Source of the DNA: an uncultured candidate division Zixibacteria bacterium
Lineage (GTDB): Bacteria; Zixibacteria; MSB-5A5; GN15; FEB-12
DNA: 64,000 nt
Reading direction: 5' to 3'
NCBI GenBank assembly: GCA_963664195.1
Contig: OY760907.1
Location: 2,880,001-2,944,000, forward strand
Shown here: piece by piece, positions 37,992 to 47,918 of the stretch
Layout of the letters: every line of letters begins with the position of its first letter
Numbering within the stretch: position 1 is the stretch's first letter
The notes under the pieces: generated by a model
What the model was told of the DNA's origin: nothing
Database searches by the model: none
What the model saw: the letters and a program-made list of their open reading frames with translations, nothing else
Position numbers and translations under genes: made by a program

Positions 37992-39035
37992 ATGACCTCA
38001 TTTTGGAAGAAAAAGCAATTCTGGGGTACGCTTATAGCATTGGTGCTGCTGGCGTATTGCCTCAAAGACATAACTATCGAGGAGCTTAAGCTTCTCGGCA
38101 CACGTCTGAATTTCTACTATGTCATTCCTGCCACGGTGTCAGGTTTTCTGTATATGCTTTTCAAAGGACTTCGCTGGCGGGCAATGGTCTCCCGTCAGAA
38201 GAAGATTCCGTTCTGGCGCGCGATAACTCTCTACTCGACCGGTCAGATACTCGGTATCGTTATGCCCGCCCTCACCGGGCAGGTAGGACGGCTGGTGCTG
38301 TTCTCTCGCAAAGAGGGACTGAAGAAGACGTTCGTGTTTTCGACCATCATCCTGGAGGTTCTGTTTGACGCTATCAGCCTGATCGTTTTTATGCTGATCA
38401 CTTCGTTTGCATTTGTGTTCCCCAGCGAGTATCGCTACATGAGCACCGTGGTGTCAGGGGTCACGGTTGGCGCGTTGATCTGTCTGTACCTGATGCTGCA
38501 CTATCAGGAAGGAGCGGAGAATTTCGGACGGAAGTGTCTTCGCAACCGCTGGCCGGGAGCATACATCACGGTCAAGAAGTTCATTCGGTCCTTTACAAAA
38601 GGCATTGAAGTACTCAGATCGAGCCAGCACATGGCCGGCACGATGGCACTGTCGCTCCTGTCCTGGGGGGCTCACATGATGGTCGTCTGGTATTTGATGA
38701 AGGCCTTTGGATTAGAACTACCGTTTGCAGCTGCGGCAGTAGTCATGATTATCAATACGATTGTGTTAATGGTGCCTATCACTCCCGGTAACGCGGGGAC
38801 GTTCGAGGTTGCTGTATCGACGTCGCTGGCTGCTTTCTCGGTGGGGCGTTCCGATGCCGTGCTGTTTGCGCTGGCCCTGCACATAATGGATTTCGTTCCA
38901 ATCTTCGTTTATTCATTCTACTTCTTGCGCATTGAACGCCAGTCCGTTATGGATATCAAGGAAGAGCACGAGGAGGATATGGTGCCAGACTATATCGATG
39001 AGGAAGGCGGCTTTATCGGGGAAGAGCGGTTATGA
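37992..39035 (+). CDS. Flippase-like membrane protein (LPG_synthase_TM / UPF0104 family)
   Basis: GLRW, VPITPGNAGTFE and multiple TM helices. Confidence 0.85.
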   Translation: MTSFWKKKQFWGTLIALVLLAYCLKDITIEELKLLGTRLNFYYVIPATVSGFLYMLFKGLRWRAMVSRQKKIPFWRAITLYSTGQILGIVMPALTGQVGRLVLFSRKEGLKKTFVFSTIILEVLFDAISLIVFMLITSFAFVFPSEYRYMSTVVSGVTVGALICLYLMLHYQEGAENFGRKCLRNRWPGAYITVKKFIRSFTKGIEVLRSSQHMAGTMALSLLSWGAHMMVVWYLMKAFGLELPFAAAAVVMIINTIVLMVPITPGNAGTFEVAVSTSLAAFSVGRSDAVLFALALHIMDFVPIFVYSFYFLRIERQSVMDIKEEHEEDMVPDYIDEEGGFIGEERL

Positions 39036-40003
39036 TCAAGTCGTTCTACTACCATCCCGATCTCGAGCGGGTCAAAGTGATCGATGGTATCGCCGATTTC
39101 GACGGTATGTTCGAAAAAGAAGGCTCGGTCCTCTGGGTCGACATGTGCAAGCCTACCGACGAGGAGTCGTACGTGCTCACGCACGATTTCAGTTTCCACC
39201 CGCTGGCGATTGAGGACGTGATTTCAGAGAAGTCGCGCACGAAAATCGATGACTACGGGCGCTACCTGTTTCTGGTCTTCAATATCGTCGACTACATTGG
39301 CCGTGAAGAAGGCCTGAAAATCAGCGAACTGGATTTGTTCCTGAGTCACAACGTGCTGGTAACGGTGCACTACGACGAGCACCGTCTATTCGACTACCTC
39401 TACAGTCGGGCACAGCGCGGAGATCGCCTGATTGACCGTGGCGCGGATTACCTGCTTCACTCTGTCATCGACTCCGTGGTGGACAACTACAACACCACGC
39501 TAGATATCTTCGAGTACGAAAGCGACCAAATCGAGGAAGAAGTGCTGGGGAGTTTCGACGAAGATACGTTGAAATCTATCTTCACGCTGGGTCGAGACAT
39601 CGTGGAACTAAAGCGTATCGTCCGTCCGCAGCGCGACGTGGTGAGTCGGCTGTCCCGCGAAGAATTCAAACTTGTGTCGCCGGACCTGAAAGCATATTTT
39701 GCTGACATCAACGACCACCTAGTGAGAGTTTTCGAATTGGCCGACTCCCACCGTGAGTTGGTCAACTCATCGTTGCAAGTGTACTACTCATCGGTCTCAA
39801 CCAAGACCAACGATATCATCAAAGTGCTCACACTCCTGACGGCGTTGTTTATCCCACCGACATTCCTGGTTGGACTCTGGGGAATGAACTTCAAATATAT
39901 GCCTGAACTCAACCACCCGCACGGATACATGATTGCGATTGGCGTCATGTTGGTCATCATGGTGGGGATGATACTGTTCTTCAAGAAGAAGAAGTGGCTC
40001 TAG
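39032..40003 (+). CDS. corA: Magnesium/cobalt transporter CorA
   Basis: FHPLAIED, LWGMNF (GMN motif), MPEL and two C-terminal TM helices. Confidence 0.93.
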   Translation: MIKSFYYHPDLERVKVIDGIADFDGMFEKEGSVLWVDMCKPTDEESYVLTHDFSFHPLAIEDVISEKSRTKIDDYGRYLFLVFNIVDYIGREEGLKISELDLFLSHNVLVTVHYDEHRLFDYLYSRAQRGDRLIDRGADYLLHSVIDSVVDNYNTTLDIFEYESDQIEEEVLGSFDEDTLKSIFTLGRDIVELKRIVRPQRDVVSRLSREEFKLVSPDLKAYFADINDHLVRVFELADSHRELVNSSLQVYYSSVSTKTNDIIKVLTLLTALFIPPTFLVGLWGMNFKYMPELNHPHGYMIAIGVMLVIMVGMILFFKKKKWL

Positions 40004-40148
40004 TGCAGCCCTTTTGCGGGGCACTACAGGCACGATTCCGACTCGATTCCGGGACGCGGGCTACAATTTCTGAACCCTCATGGCATGCCAGACGTTGCAC
40101 TGTGTAATACTCCGGATGGACATGAGAGGAGCGACTGAGGAAACCAGC

Positions 40149-41804
40149 ATGGCTGAGCAAATGCTTAACAGGACAGGGGCCGCTTTGCCTGATAGAATTG
40201 CACCCCGGAAACTTGCATATTCGTCTCTATACCTTGACCAGATTGCAGGCAAGGCGCCGGCGGCTGAATTCTTCGTCACCCGCGATATCCGTGCGGCGGC
40301 GAGCAAACTCGACAGCGTGACTTTCGACCGCAAGAGCCTCGCAGAGATCCTGCACTCCCAGAATCTGGTTTACAGTGCCTCTGAGGAAACGCACTCGAAT
40401 ATTGATAAGCTCGCTGACGAACGGACGCTCTGTGTTTTCTCCGGCCAGCAGGCAGGGTTTCTTGGCGGACCGCTTCTGACTTTGGTGAAGGCGCTGGCTG
40501 TAGTCAAAGCCGCGGGCAGGTATTCTGAGGAACTGGGGCGCCCGGTGGTACCGATCTTCTGGATTGCCGGCGATGATCATGATTTCGAGGAAGCAAATCA
40601 TACCTGGCTGCTGAACCGTGAGGGCGCACCCTGCCGCAACGCTTACAACACGGCACCCGAACTCGCCGTGCCTGCCAGTGAGATCAAGTTCTGTGATCGC
40701 GATGAACTCACCCGCGCCAAAAAACAACTCATAGAGTGTCTCGGGGAGACTGATTTCACCGACCGCCTGATGCAGCTTGTAGACCATGCCTACACGCCGA
40801 GCGATACGTTTGTGACGGCATTCGGTCGGTTCATGGCAGGGCTGACAGCGGAGTACGGATTGATCTTCTTCAGTCCTGGTGACAGCGGAGCCAAGCGATT
40901 AGCGGCTCCTCTCTTTGAGGCCATCATTGAAAAACAGGCTGGCGTTCACGACTTGCTCACCGCCCGAAACAGTGAGATTGAACGGGCCGGGTATCACATA
41001 CAAGTTGAAAAGAGCGACGATTCCACGCACCTGTTCTACAATCTCGATGGCCGCAGACCGGTGGTGCGTGACGGCGACGGTTTCACGGTGGGGGACAGCA
41101 GGTTCACGAAAGAGGAGCTGCTCGACAGGATCAGAGAACACCCCGATCGGTTCTCACCTGATGTCATGACCCGCCCGCTCATGCAGTCATACTTGTTTCC
41201 GGTAGTCTCTCAGAAGGGTGGGCCGGCGGAGATTGCGTACCTGGCGCAGCTCAATCCGCTTTTTGATCTGTTCGACCTGGTTGCCCCGCATGTCAAGGCG
41301 CGCGCGACCATGACGCTCACCGAAGCTCGGTTTGAAAAGATGCTCCTGGAACTTGATGTCGAGTTCGAAGAACTTACCGGCGACATCGAACAGGTTGTCA
41401 ACCGGATCCTGGCGAGAACATTCCCTGCTGACCTGGAGGGTGAATTCAACGAACTGCGGCAGGCACTGGAGCAACGGTTCTCACAATTCCGCAGGGAAGC
41501 GCTTGAATTCGACCCGCAGCTTGCCAGAGTCGCAGAGCAGGCGCAGGGGAAAATCGACTACACCCTGAAAGGATTCGAACAAAAAGTCTGGGCTGCCCAC
41601 AAGCGGAAAAGCCAGCAGACGCGAGACAAGGTGTATCGGCTCTACCACGCGCTGTACACCAATCGCGGTTTGCAGGAACGTGCGCTCAATGTGACCTATT
41701 TCATCTCTCGCTATGGATTCGACATCATCCCCTACATGTATGACCGTCTCGACAGCGAGGAAACCGACCATCAATTGATCAGCCTATCGGAGTACACGAC
41801 TTAA
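40149..41804 (+). CDS. bshC: Bacillithiol biosynthesis cysteine-adding enzyme BshC
   Basis: GQQAGFLGGPL, PIFWIAGDDHDFEE, FSPDVMTRP, GGPAEIAY, LQER; start placed at ATG 40149 after GAGGA. Confidence 0.9.
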   Translation: MAEQMLNRTGAALPDRIAPRKLAYSSLYLDQIAGKAPAAEFFVTRDIRAAASKLDSVTFDRKSLAEILHSQNLVYSASEETHSNIDKLADERTLCVFSGQQAGFLGGPLLTLVKALAVVKAAGRYSEELGRPVVPIFWIAGDDHDFEEANHTWLLNREGAPCRNAYNTAPELAVPASEIKFCDRDELTRAKKQLIECLGETDFTDRLMQLVDHAYTPSDTFVTAFGRFMAGLTAEYGLIFFSPGDSGAKRLAAPLFEAIIEKQAGVHDLLTARNSEIERAGYHIQVEKSDDSTHLFYNLDGRRPVVRDGDGFTVGDSRFTKEELLDRIREHPDRFSPDVMTRPLMQSYLFPVVSQKGGPAEIAYLAQLNPLFDLFDLVAPHVKARATMTLTEARFEKMLLELDVEFEELTGDIEQVVNRILARTFPADLEGEFNELRQALEQRFSQFRREALEFDPQLARVAEQAQGKIDYTLKGFEQKVWAAHKRKSQQTRDKVYRLYHALYTNRGLQERALNVTYFISRYGFDIIPYMYDRLDSEETDHQLISLSEYTT

Positions 41805-42935
41805 ATGAATATCGGCATCACCTGTTATCCTGTCGCCGGGGGATCCGGCATAGTCGCCACAGAACTCGGGCAACAACTGGCCATGCGCGGACACTCCGTG
41901 CACTTCATCTCGTACGCCATGCCGTTCAGGCTGGATGCTTTCCAGCCGAATCTGATGTATCACGGTGTGGAGACAACCGCCTATCCGCTTTTCAAGTATC
42001 CGCCGTATACCGAAACGCTGGCCTCAAAAATGGCTGATGTCTCGCGCAATTACGACCTGGATATCCTCCATGTCCATTATGCCGTACCTCATGCTACCTG
42101 TGCCTATCTGGCGCGTGAGATTCTGGCATCGCAGGGGATGAAACTGCCGAAGATCATCACCACGCTTCACGGGACAGACATCACGCTGGTGGGATCGGAC
42201 CCGTCGTTTTATGACATTACGAAGTTCTCGATCAACTCCTCCGACGGCATCACGGCGGTATCGCATTACCTTGCGAACGAGACCAAGGAAGTTTTCGAGA
42301 CGGAGAAAGAGATTCGAGTGGTACACAACTTCTTCGATGGCAACCGATTCAAGCCAACCTGCGGTCAGTGCAAGCGGAGCGAGTTCGTACAGGAAGGTGA
42401 GTTCCTCCTGACGCACATTTCCAATTTCCGTCCGGTTAAACGCACGCTCGACGTGATCGACATTTTTGAGAAAGTAGCAGCCGAAGTCCCGGCTCGGTTG
42501 CTGCTGATCGGGGAGGGGCCGGATACCGTGCTGGCCCGCCGCCAGATAAACAAGAAGAAGCTCAACGACCGGGTGATATTCCTTGGTAACCAGTCACGGG
42601 TCGAGGCTATTCTGCCGTGCACCGATCTGTTCTTGATCCCCTCAGAAGAAGAGTCATTTGGTCTGGCCGCACTTGAGGCTCTTGCCTGCGGCGTACCGGT
42701 GATTGGCAGCTCGGGCACCGGGCTGGTGGAGGTCGTCGATGACTTCCGCAACGGATTTCTGTTGCCGGTGGGGGATACTTCCAGTATGGCCCGTGCGGCG
42801 GTGGCGTTGCTGAAAGACACGGTGCGTTTGTCGGAATTCAGAAAAGCTGCGGCGAAACTGGCGCAGGAGCGCTTCAATTCCGAGAAGATAATCTCCGAGT
42901 ACGAAGCGTATTACGAAGAGGTGTGCAATGGCTAA
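41805..42935 (+). CDS. bshA: N-acetyl-alpha-D-glucosaminyl L-malate synthase BshA
   Basis: IGITCYP..GGSGIVATELG, HVHYAVPH, TTLHGTDIT, SNFRPVKR, ESFGLAALEA. Confidence 0.95.
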   Translation: MNIGITCYPVAGGSGIVATELGQQLAMRGHSVHFISYAMPFRLDAFQPNLMYHGVETTAYPLFKYPPYTETLASKMADVSRNYDLDILHVHYAVPHATCAYLAREILASQGMKLPKIITTLHGTDITLVGSDPSFYDITKFSINSSDGITAVSHYLANETKEVFETEKEIRVVHNFFDGNRFKPTCGQCKRSEFVQEGEFLLTHISNFRPVKRTLDVIDIFEKVAAEVPARLLLIGEGPDTVLARRQINKKKLNDRVIFLGNQSRVEAILPCTDLFLIPSEEESFGLAALEALACGVPVIGSSGTGLVEVVDDFRNGFLLPVGDTSSMARAAVALLKDTVRLSEFRKAAAKLAQERFNSEKIISEYEAYYEEVCNG

Positions 42936-43701
42936 TACGCCCCGCCTCGATATTCTCGCCATAGCTGCACATCCGGACGACGCTGAGATTACCTGCGGCG
43001 GACTTCTGATCAAAATGGCCAACGCCGGTAGGAAAACGGGAGTGGTTGATCTCACCCGGGGTGAGATGGGCACATACGGTGACGAACACGATCGCGCTCG
43101 CGAGATGGCCGATGCTGCGAAACTGCTGGGGTTGACATACCGGGGCAATCTCGAAATGCCCGATTCGGCCGTTGAATGCAATCAGGAGAACAAACTCAAA
43201 ATAGCTCAGGCGATACGTGACACACAGCCCGAACTGGTGCTCCTGCCGCACTGGGAGCAGCGTCACCCCGACCATCTGGCCTGCTCCCGACTCGGCTATG
43301 ATGCCTGTTTTCTGGCCGGACTGAAAAAAGCCGATCTCGACGGTGAACCGTTCAGACCCCGGAAGATTGCGTACGTGTCGTATTTTCGCAACACGGACTA
43401 CTCATTCCTGGTCGACATTTCGGAAGTGTTCATCCGTAAGGTCAAGGCTGTCGCTGCGTACACTTCACAGTTTGGTGATGCTGGCAAGATCATCGCGGCG
43501 ATTGAGGAGGGAGGAAGCCTTCGTGGTCTGAGCAACGCTGACCGTCCGGTGTTCCACTCTTCCATCAGCGCCTTTGAGTTGATTCAAACGCGCGCGCGGC
43601 AACTGGGGCAGCTTGTCCATGTCGATTATGCCGAGGCGTTCACGATCAAAGAGCATATGCTCGTTAATGACCCTCAGAAACTTCCGGTGAAATCGATCTA
43701 G
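42928..43701 (+). CDS. bshB1: Bacillithiol biosynthesis deacetylase BshB1 (PIG-L family)
   Basis: AHPDDAE, DLTRGEMG, RHPDH, FLAGL; overlaps bshA. Confidence 0.9.
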   Translation: MANTPRLDILAIAAHPDDAEITCGGLLIKMANAGRKTGVVDLTRGEMGTYGDEHDRAREMADAAKLLGLTYRGNLEMPDSAVECNQENKLKIAQAIRDTQPELVLLPHWEQRHPDHLACSRLGYDACFLAGLKKADLDGEPFRPRKIAYVSYFRNTDYSFLVDISEVFIRKVKAVAAYTSQFGDAGKIIAAIEEGGSLRGLSNADRPVFHSSISAFELIQTRARQLGQLVHVDYAEAFTIKEHMLVNDPQKLPVKSI

Positions 43702-43751
43702 CTGTTTTCAACGTTGTTTTCAGAATCGATGACAGATAACCTATCGATAGT

Positions 43752-44678
43752 ATGGATACTTTCAAGAACACAGATCAGGTAGAACGGCGGCACGATACTT
43801 CGGAGGGGATATCCTCCGGCATTCGGGCGACCTGGGCCGGCATGGCAAGTAATGTCGTGCTGATCGTTTTCAAGCTCTGGGCCGGTTTTGCGAGCAATTC
43901 GCAGGCGTTGATCGCCGATGGTGTCCATTCGATTTCCGACCTTTTCTCCGATTTTGTCGTGTTGCTGGGGCTGAAGTGGGGGCGCAAGGGAGAGGACGAG
44001 GATCATCCGTGGGGACACGCCCGTATCGAGACGATTTCCAGCATGGTCATCGGCGTAATGCTCCTGTTGATCGGTCTGGGGATTGCCTGGAGTTCGGTGA
44101 GTGTGGTTGCGGCGAACAAAGTCTCGAAACCGGGGGAGTTCGCTATTTTTGCCGCCGCAATCAGTATCTTCCTCAAAGAAGGCCTGTTCTGGTATACACT
44201 AATGGTTGGCCGACGCCTCAAGAGTCAGGCATTGATTGCAAATGCCTGGCATCATCGCACCGATGCGCTGTCGTCGGTAGCGGTGCTGATTGGCGTCGGG
44301 GCCGCGTACTTCAATCCGGACTGGTATCTGGCCGATTCCCTGGCAGCGCTCGTTGTGACGGTGTTCGTGATGAAGGTCGGGGTTGATCTGGTCTGGTCGG
44401 CCTTCAAGGAACTGTCGGATATCGCACCGGACAAAGACGTCATCGCCGGCATCATCGGTGTTGCCGGCCAGGTCGACGGAGTTCACCAGGTGCACGACGT
44501 CAGGGCACGGTACTCCGGGCCACAGATTTTTGTCGAACTCGATATCGTTGTCGATGCCGATCTGACTGTTAGACTCGGCCACGACATCGCCGTGACCGTG
44601 AAGCAGGCGATCATGCACGCCTTCCCTGACATCACCCACGTCAAGATCCATGTCGACCCTGACCTGAAACCGATCTAG
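43752..44678 (+). CDS. Cation diffusion facilitator (FieF-like) transporter
   Basis: ALIADGVHSISD, DEDHPWGHARIE, NAWHHRTD, IHVDP. Confidence 0.92.
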   Translation: MDTFKNTDQVERRHDTSEGISSGIRATWAGMASNVVLIVFKLWAGFASNSQALIADGVHSISDLFSDFVVLLGLKWGRKGEDEDHPWGHARIETISSMVIGVMLLLIGLGIAWSSVSVVAANKVSKPGEFAIFAAAISIFLKEGLFWYTLMVGRRLKSQALIANAWHHRTDALSSVAVLIGVGAAYFNPDWYLADSLAALVVTVFVMKVGVDLVWSAFKELSDIAPDKDVIAGIIGVAGQVDGVHQVHDVRARYSGPQIFVELDIVVDADLTVRLGHDIAVTVKQAIMHAFPDITHVKIHVDPDLKPI

Positions 44679-44689
44679 CCAACCCCTTC

Positions 44690-44986
44690 CTAGACTTCTT
44701 TGGCCAACTCTACTATCCGCTTGTAAGGGATAGCCGTCCAGCTTTCGGCCATGATAGCGCCGTTGGCACGGCTTATCATTGAGACCTTGGCGGCAATCTC
44801 TTCGTTGGGCGCCTCGTAGATGTCCATGAAGTCGTAGGTGCCGAGGAGTCCGTAATGTCCGACGAACTTGACTTCCGGGCACTTCTTGTGGACCTCGTCG
44901 AGCCAGGTCTTGCCAATCTCGGCCCGTTCGGAGATTTTGGCAGCCACTTCCGGCGCCAGCTTGGTCATTAGCACATAGGTTTTCAT
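44690..44986 (-). CDS. GYD-domain protein
   Basis: LGTYDFMDIYEAP motif; 98 aa; GGGAG RBS. Confidence 0.8.
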   Translation of the reverse strand: MKTYVLMTKLAPEVAAKISERAEIGKTWLDEVHKKCPEVKFVGHYGLLGTYDFMDIYEAPNEEIAAKVSMISRANGAIMAESWTAIPYKRIVELAKEV

Positions 44987-45075
44987 AATAATTCTCCCTT
45001 CTATATATCTACGTTGAGAAGGTTATCGGTTCGTAACCGGCAAATGAGATGATGGCTGCTAATGGTGACCGAAAT

Positions 45076-45172
45076 TGGCGGAAGGGGTGGGAATCGAACC
45101 CACCGGGGACAATACGATTGCCCCCCGCACGGCTTTGAAGGCCGGGACCGCCACCAGACGACATCCTCTTCC
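45076..45172 (-). tRNA. selC: tRNA-Sec (anticodon UCA)
   Basis: Minus strand GGAAGAGG-AT-GTCGTC-TGGT-GGCGGT-CCCGGC-CTTCAAA-GCCGTG, long variable arm, GTGGG-TTCGATT-CCCAC-CCCTTCC-GCCA. 6-bp D stem, G73 and encoded CCA; selA and selB are in the window. Confidence 0.95.
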
Positions 45173-45178
45173 GCCTGC

Positions 45179-45207
45179 AATATAACGTGCTGCTCCGCAG
45201 CTCGCAA
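45179..45207 (-). promoter_or_regulatory. Putative selC promoter
   Basis: Minus strand TTGCGA-17 nt-TATATT, 6 nt before G1 of the tRNA. Confidence 0.6.
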
Positions 45208-45243
45208 GAGCCTCTATCACAGGCAAGCGCCCCCAGTTTGTCA

Positions 45244-45272
45244 TTGACTCCCTCGCGAAAATGCAGCAGAAT
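45244..45272 (+). promoter_or_regulatory. Putative recG promoter with leaderless geometry
   Basis: TTGACT-17 nt-CAGAAT, 5 nt before GTG 45278; no SD. Confidence 0.5.
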
Positions 45273-45277
45273 AGTAT

Positions 45278-47368
45278 GTGGCAGAACTGAGACTACAATC
45301 CCCGTTACAATACGTCAAAGGGGTGGGACCAAAAAAAGCGGAAGCACTTGGCGAACTTGGCTTCAATGAAGTTGGCGATCTGCTGAAGTATTACCCGCGA
45401 CACTATCTCGATCGCACGAATGTCGTTCCGATCGGCAGGATACAAATCGATCAGGAGGTGACTGTTGTTGGCGAGGTCAAAGCGCACGGCACCCTGTACG
45501 GCGGCAAGGGACGCAGGTACGAGGTCATCCTCGGTGACAAAACCGGCAACATAAGCCTGCTGTGGTTTGCGGGCGTGAAATACTGGGAACGCCTGTTCAA
45601 GAAAGGGCAGGTGTTCGCTGCCACCGGCAGGGTCAACTACTTCCAGGGAATCCAGATCGTTCACCCGGATTTGGAACGGCTCGATGACGACTCCGATCAG
45701 ATGGTACATGCCGGGCGGATTATCCCTGTCTACCCACAAACGGCGCAACTCAACAAAGCAGGGCTTTCCAGCAAGAGCATGCGCAAGGTGACCTCGTTTA
45801 TTTGCGACAATCTGGTGGATACCATCCCTGACCACCTGCCCGACAGCGTGCGACAGCAACAGCAGTTGATGCCGTTACATGAGGCGGTTATCAAGTGCCA
45901 CTACCCGGATGACCGTCGGCAGATAGAGCTGTGTCGTCGACGGCTTGCGTTCGATGAACTCCTCGAACTTCAGTACATGGTGTATCGCAACAAGGGACGT
46001 AAGATTGCCACCATCAAGAAGCACCGAGTCGAGATTCCCGGCGAAAGAGTGTTTCGGTTTATTGATAACCTGCCGTTTGAACTGACTTCGGAGCAGCAGA
46101 AGGTCATCAAGGAAATCACCGACGACATGCAGTCGGAGCATCCGATGTCGCGCCTTTTGCACGGCGACGTCGGTTGCGGCAAGACTGTAGTCGCGGTGGC
46201 GGCGGCGCTCCATGCTGCTGAAAACGGCCTGCAGGTTGCTTTCATGGCTCCCACCGAAATCCTGGCCGAGCAGCATGTACGAAGCTGGCAGGCGGCCTTG
46301 GGTAAGGTTGGAATCACAGCTGATCTTCTGACCGCCAGCCTTACGGCAAAACAGAAACAGACGGTCGCTGCGCGGTGTGCCGCGGGCGAGATCGATATTC
46401 TATTCGGTACGCATGCCCTGATCTATGACTACGTGACATTTGATAGACTGGGGTTCGTGATCATCGACGAGCAGCATCGGTTTGGAGTGGAGCAGCGTGG
46501 AAAGCTTTACGCCAAGGGGGAAGACCCCGACCTGCTGGTGATGACGGCTACTCCGATACCGCGCACTTTGGCCCTGACGCTCTACGGTGATCTTGACATT
46601 TCCACTATCGAATCGCTCCCACCGGGGCGGAAGCCGATTCGCACCGTGTGGCGCACTGACGACGTTCGCGGCAAGGTCCACGAGTATGTGAAGGACCAGA
46701 TCGCCAAAGGCGGACAGGCGTACATCATCTATCCGTTGATTGAGAAGTCGGAGCAGATGGAACTGCAGAATGTCGAGGATGCGTTCAAAGAACTGTCGGT
46801 GGGTGTGTTTCGAAACCTGAAGGTTGAGATGGTTCATGGTCGCATTAAGTCGAAGCAGCGTGATGATATCCTTGACAAGTATCGCAATGGCGAAGTTGAC
46901 GTACTGTTAGCTACAACCGTGATCGAGGTGGGGATCGACAACCCGAATGCCACGGCGCTCGTTATTGAACATGCCGACCGGTTCGGGCTGGCCCAGCTGC
47001 ATCAGCTTCGAGGTCGAGTGGGGCGGGGTGAGAAACGTGCCACTGTTGTTGCTTTGGCCAATTCCCGGTTGTCCGATATCGCCCGGCAACGGATGGAGTA
47101 TTTTGTGGAAAACTCCAACGGTTTTGATATTGCCGAGGCGGATATGGAACTCCGCGGACCGGGGGAGATATTCGGCGTCAAGCAATCGGGACTGCCGGAA
47201 CTACGTGCCGCCAACCTGTTCCGGGATCGGGATCTGATGGAGAGCGCCCGTTTACTCCTGGAAAGGCTGTTTGACCAGACCGAGGAACTTGACAGGGCAC
47301 ACAGAAACCTGTATACCTACTTGCAGCATGGCGCCGGTCGTCGCAGGATGCACCTTGGCGGGGGTTGA
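45278..47368 (+). CDS. recG: ATP-dependent DNA helicase RecG
   Basis: KGVGPK, RRLAFDEL, GDVGCGKT, MAPTEILAEQH, IDEQHRFGV, MTATPIPR, QLHQLRGRVGRG. Confidence 0.97.
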   Translation: MAELRLQSPLQYVKGVGPKKAEALGELGFNEVGDLLKYYPRHYLDRTNVVPIGRIQIDQEVTVVGEVKAHGTLYGGKGRRYEVILGDKTGNISLLWFAGVKYWERLFKKGQVFAATGRVNYFQGIQIVHPDLERLDDDSDQMVHAGRIIPVYPQTAQLNKAGLSSKSMRKVTSFICDNLVDTIPDHLPDSVRQQQQLMPLHEAVIKCHYPDDRRQIELCRRRLAFDELLELQYMVYRNKGRKIATIKKHRVEIPGERVFRFIDNLPFELTSEQQKVIKEITDDMQSEHPMSRLLHGDVGCGKTVVAVAAALHAAENGLQVAFMAPTEILAEQHVRSWQAALGKVGITADLLTASLTAKQKQTVAARCAAGEIDILFGTHALIYDYVTFDRLGFVIIDEQHRFGVEQRGKLYAKGEDPDLLVMTATPIPRTLALTLYGDLDISTIESLPPGRKPIRTVWRTDDVRGKVHEYVKDQIAKGGQAYIIYPLIEKSEQMELQNVEDAFKELSVGVFRNLKVEMVHGRIKSKQRDDILDKYRNGEVDVLLATTVIEVGIDNPNATALVIEHADRFGLAQLHQLRGRVGRGEKRATVVALANSRLSDIARQRMEYFVENSNGFDIAEADMELRGPGEIFGVKQSGLPELRAANLFRDRDLMESARLLLERLFDQTEELDRAHRNLYTYLQHGAGRRRMHLGGG

Positions 47369-47415
47369 CGCTTGCAGGGGAGAGAAGCCCTTTACGATGA
47401 TTCATGGAGGCGCAT

Positions 47416-47790
47416 ATGGATGATAAACAAAACAGTCTTGATGTTGTGTTTGTACAGCTTGTGATGTCGTTGCACTCGGCTGCAATGTACCAGATGGGCA
47501 AAGTTGCCTCGCCGATATCCGGCAAGATAGAACGCGACCTGCCCATGGCGAAGAACAGCATTGACATGCTCGAAATGCTGGAGCGCAAGACCAAAGGGAA
47601 TCTCGATGATGAAGAGCAGAAGATTTTGGAGCGGTTCCTGTTTGAGCTTCGCATGAACTACGTCGATGAGGTCAAGAAGGACCAGCAACCGGAAGAGCCG
47701 CAGGGAGATGACAAGCCTGCCGAAACGACAGAATCGACTGACGATTCGAAAGGGACCGAGGCGGCCTCGGATGGCTCCAACGACAACTGA
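47416..47790 (+). CDS. DUF1844-domain protein
   Basis: AMYQMG...P...DLPMAK..IDMLEML..KTKGNL..EE...L; GGAGG RBS precedes ATG 47416 (ORF track start 47404). Confidence 0.8.
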   Translation: MDDKQNSLDVVFVQLVMSLHSAAMYQMGKVASPISGKIERDLPMAKNSIDMLEMLERKTKGNLDDEEQKILERFLFELRMNYVDEVKKDQQPEEPQGDDKPAETTESTDDSKGTEAASDGSNDN

Positions 47791-47918
47791 GTGCAAACTG
47801 ATACTTGACGAACCCAGATTTTACTATTCCAACCGACCGCTTGGTTGTATAATAACTGCGGGATCAGGTGTGTGCGGATTTGCCTTGTTTTTGGCTCCGT
47901 CAGCCCTATATTTCATGA

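Noticed and set aside
44690..45076. Genomic island integrated at the selC 3' end
   Set aside because: No integrase and no duplicated tRNA 3' end seen; flanking genes look like ordinary chromosomal genes.
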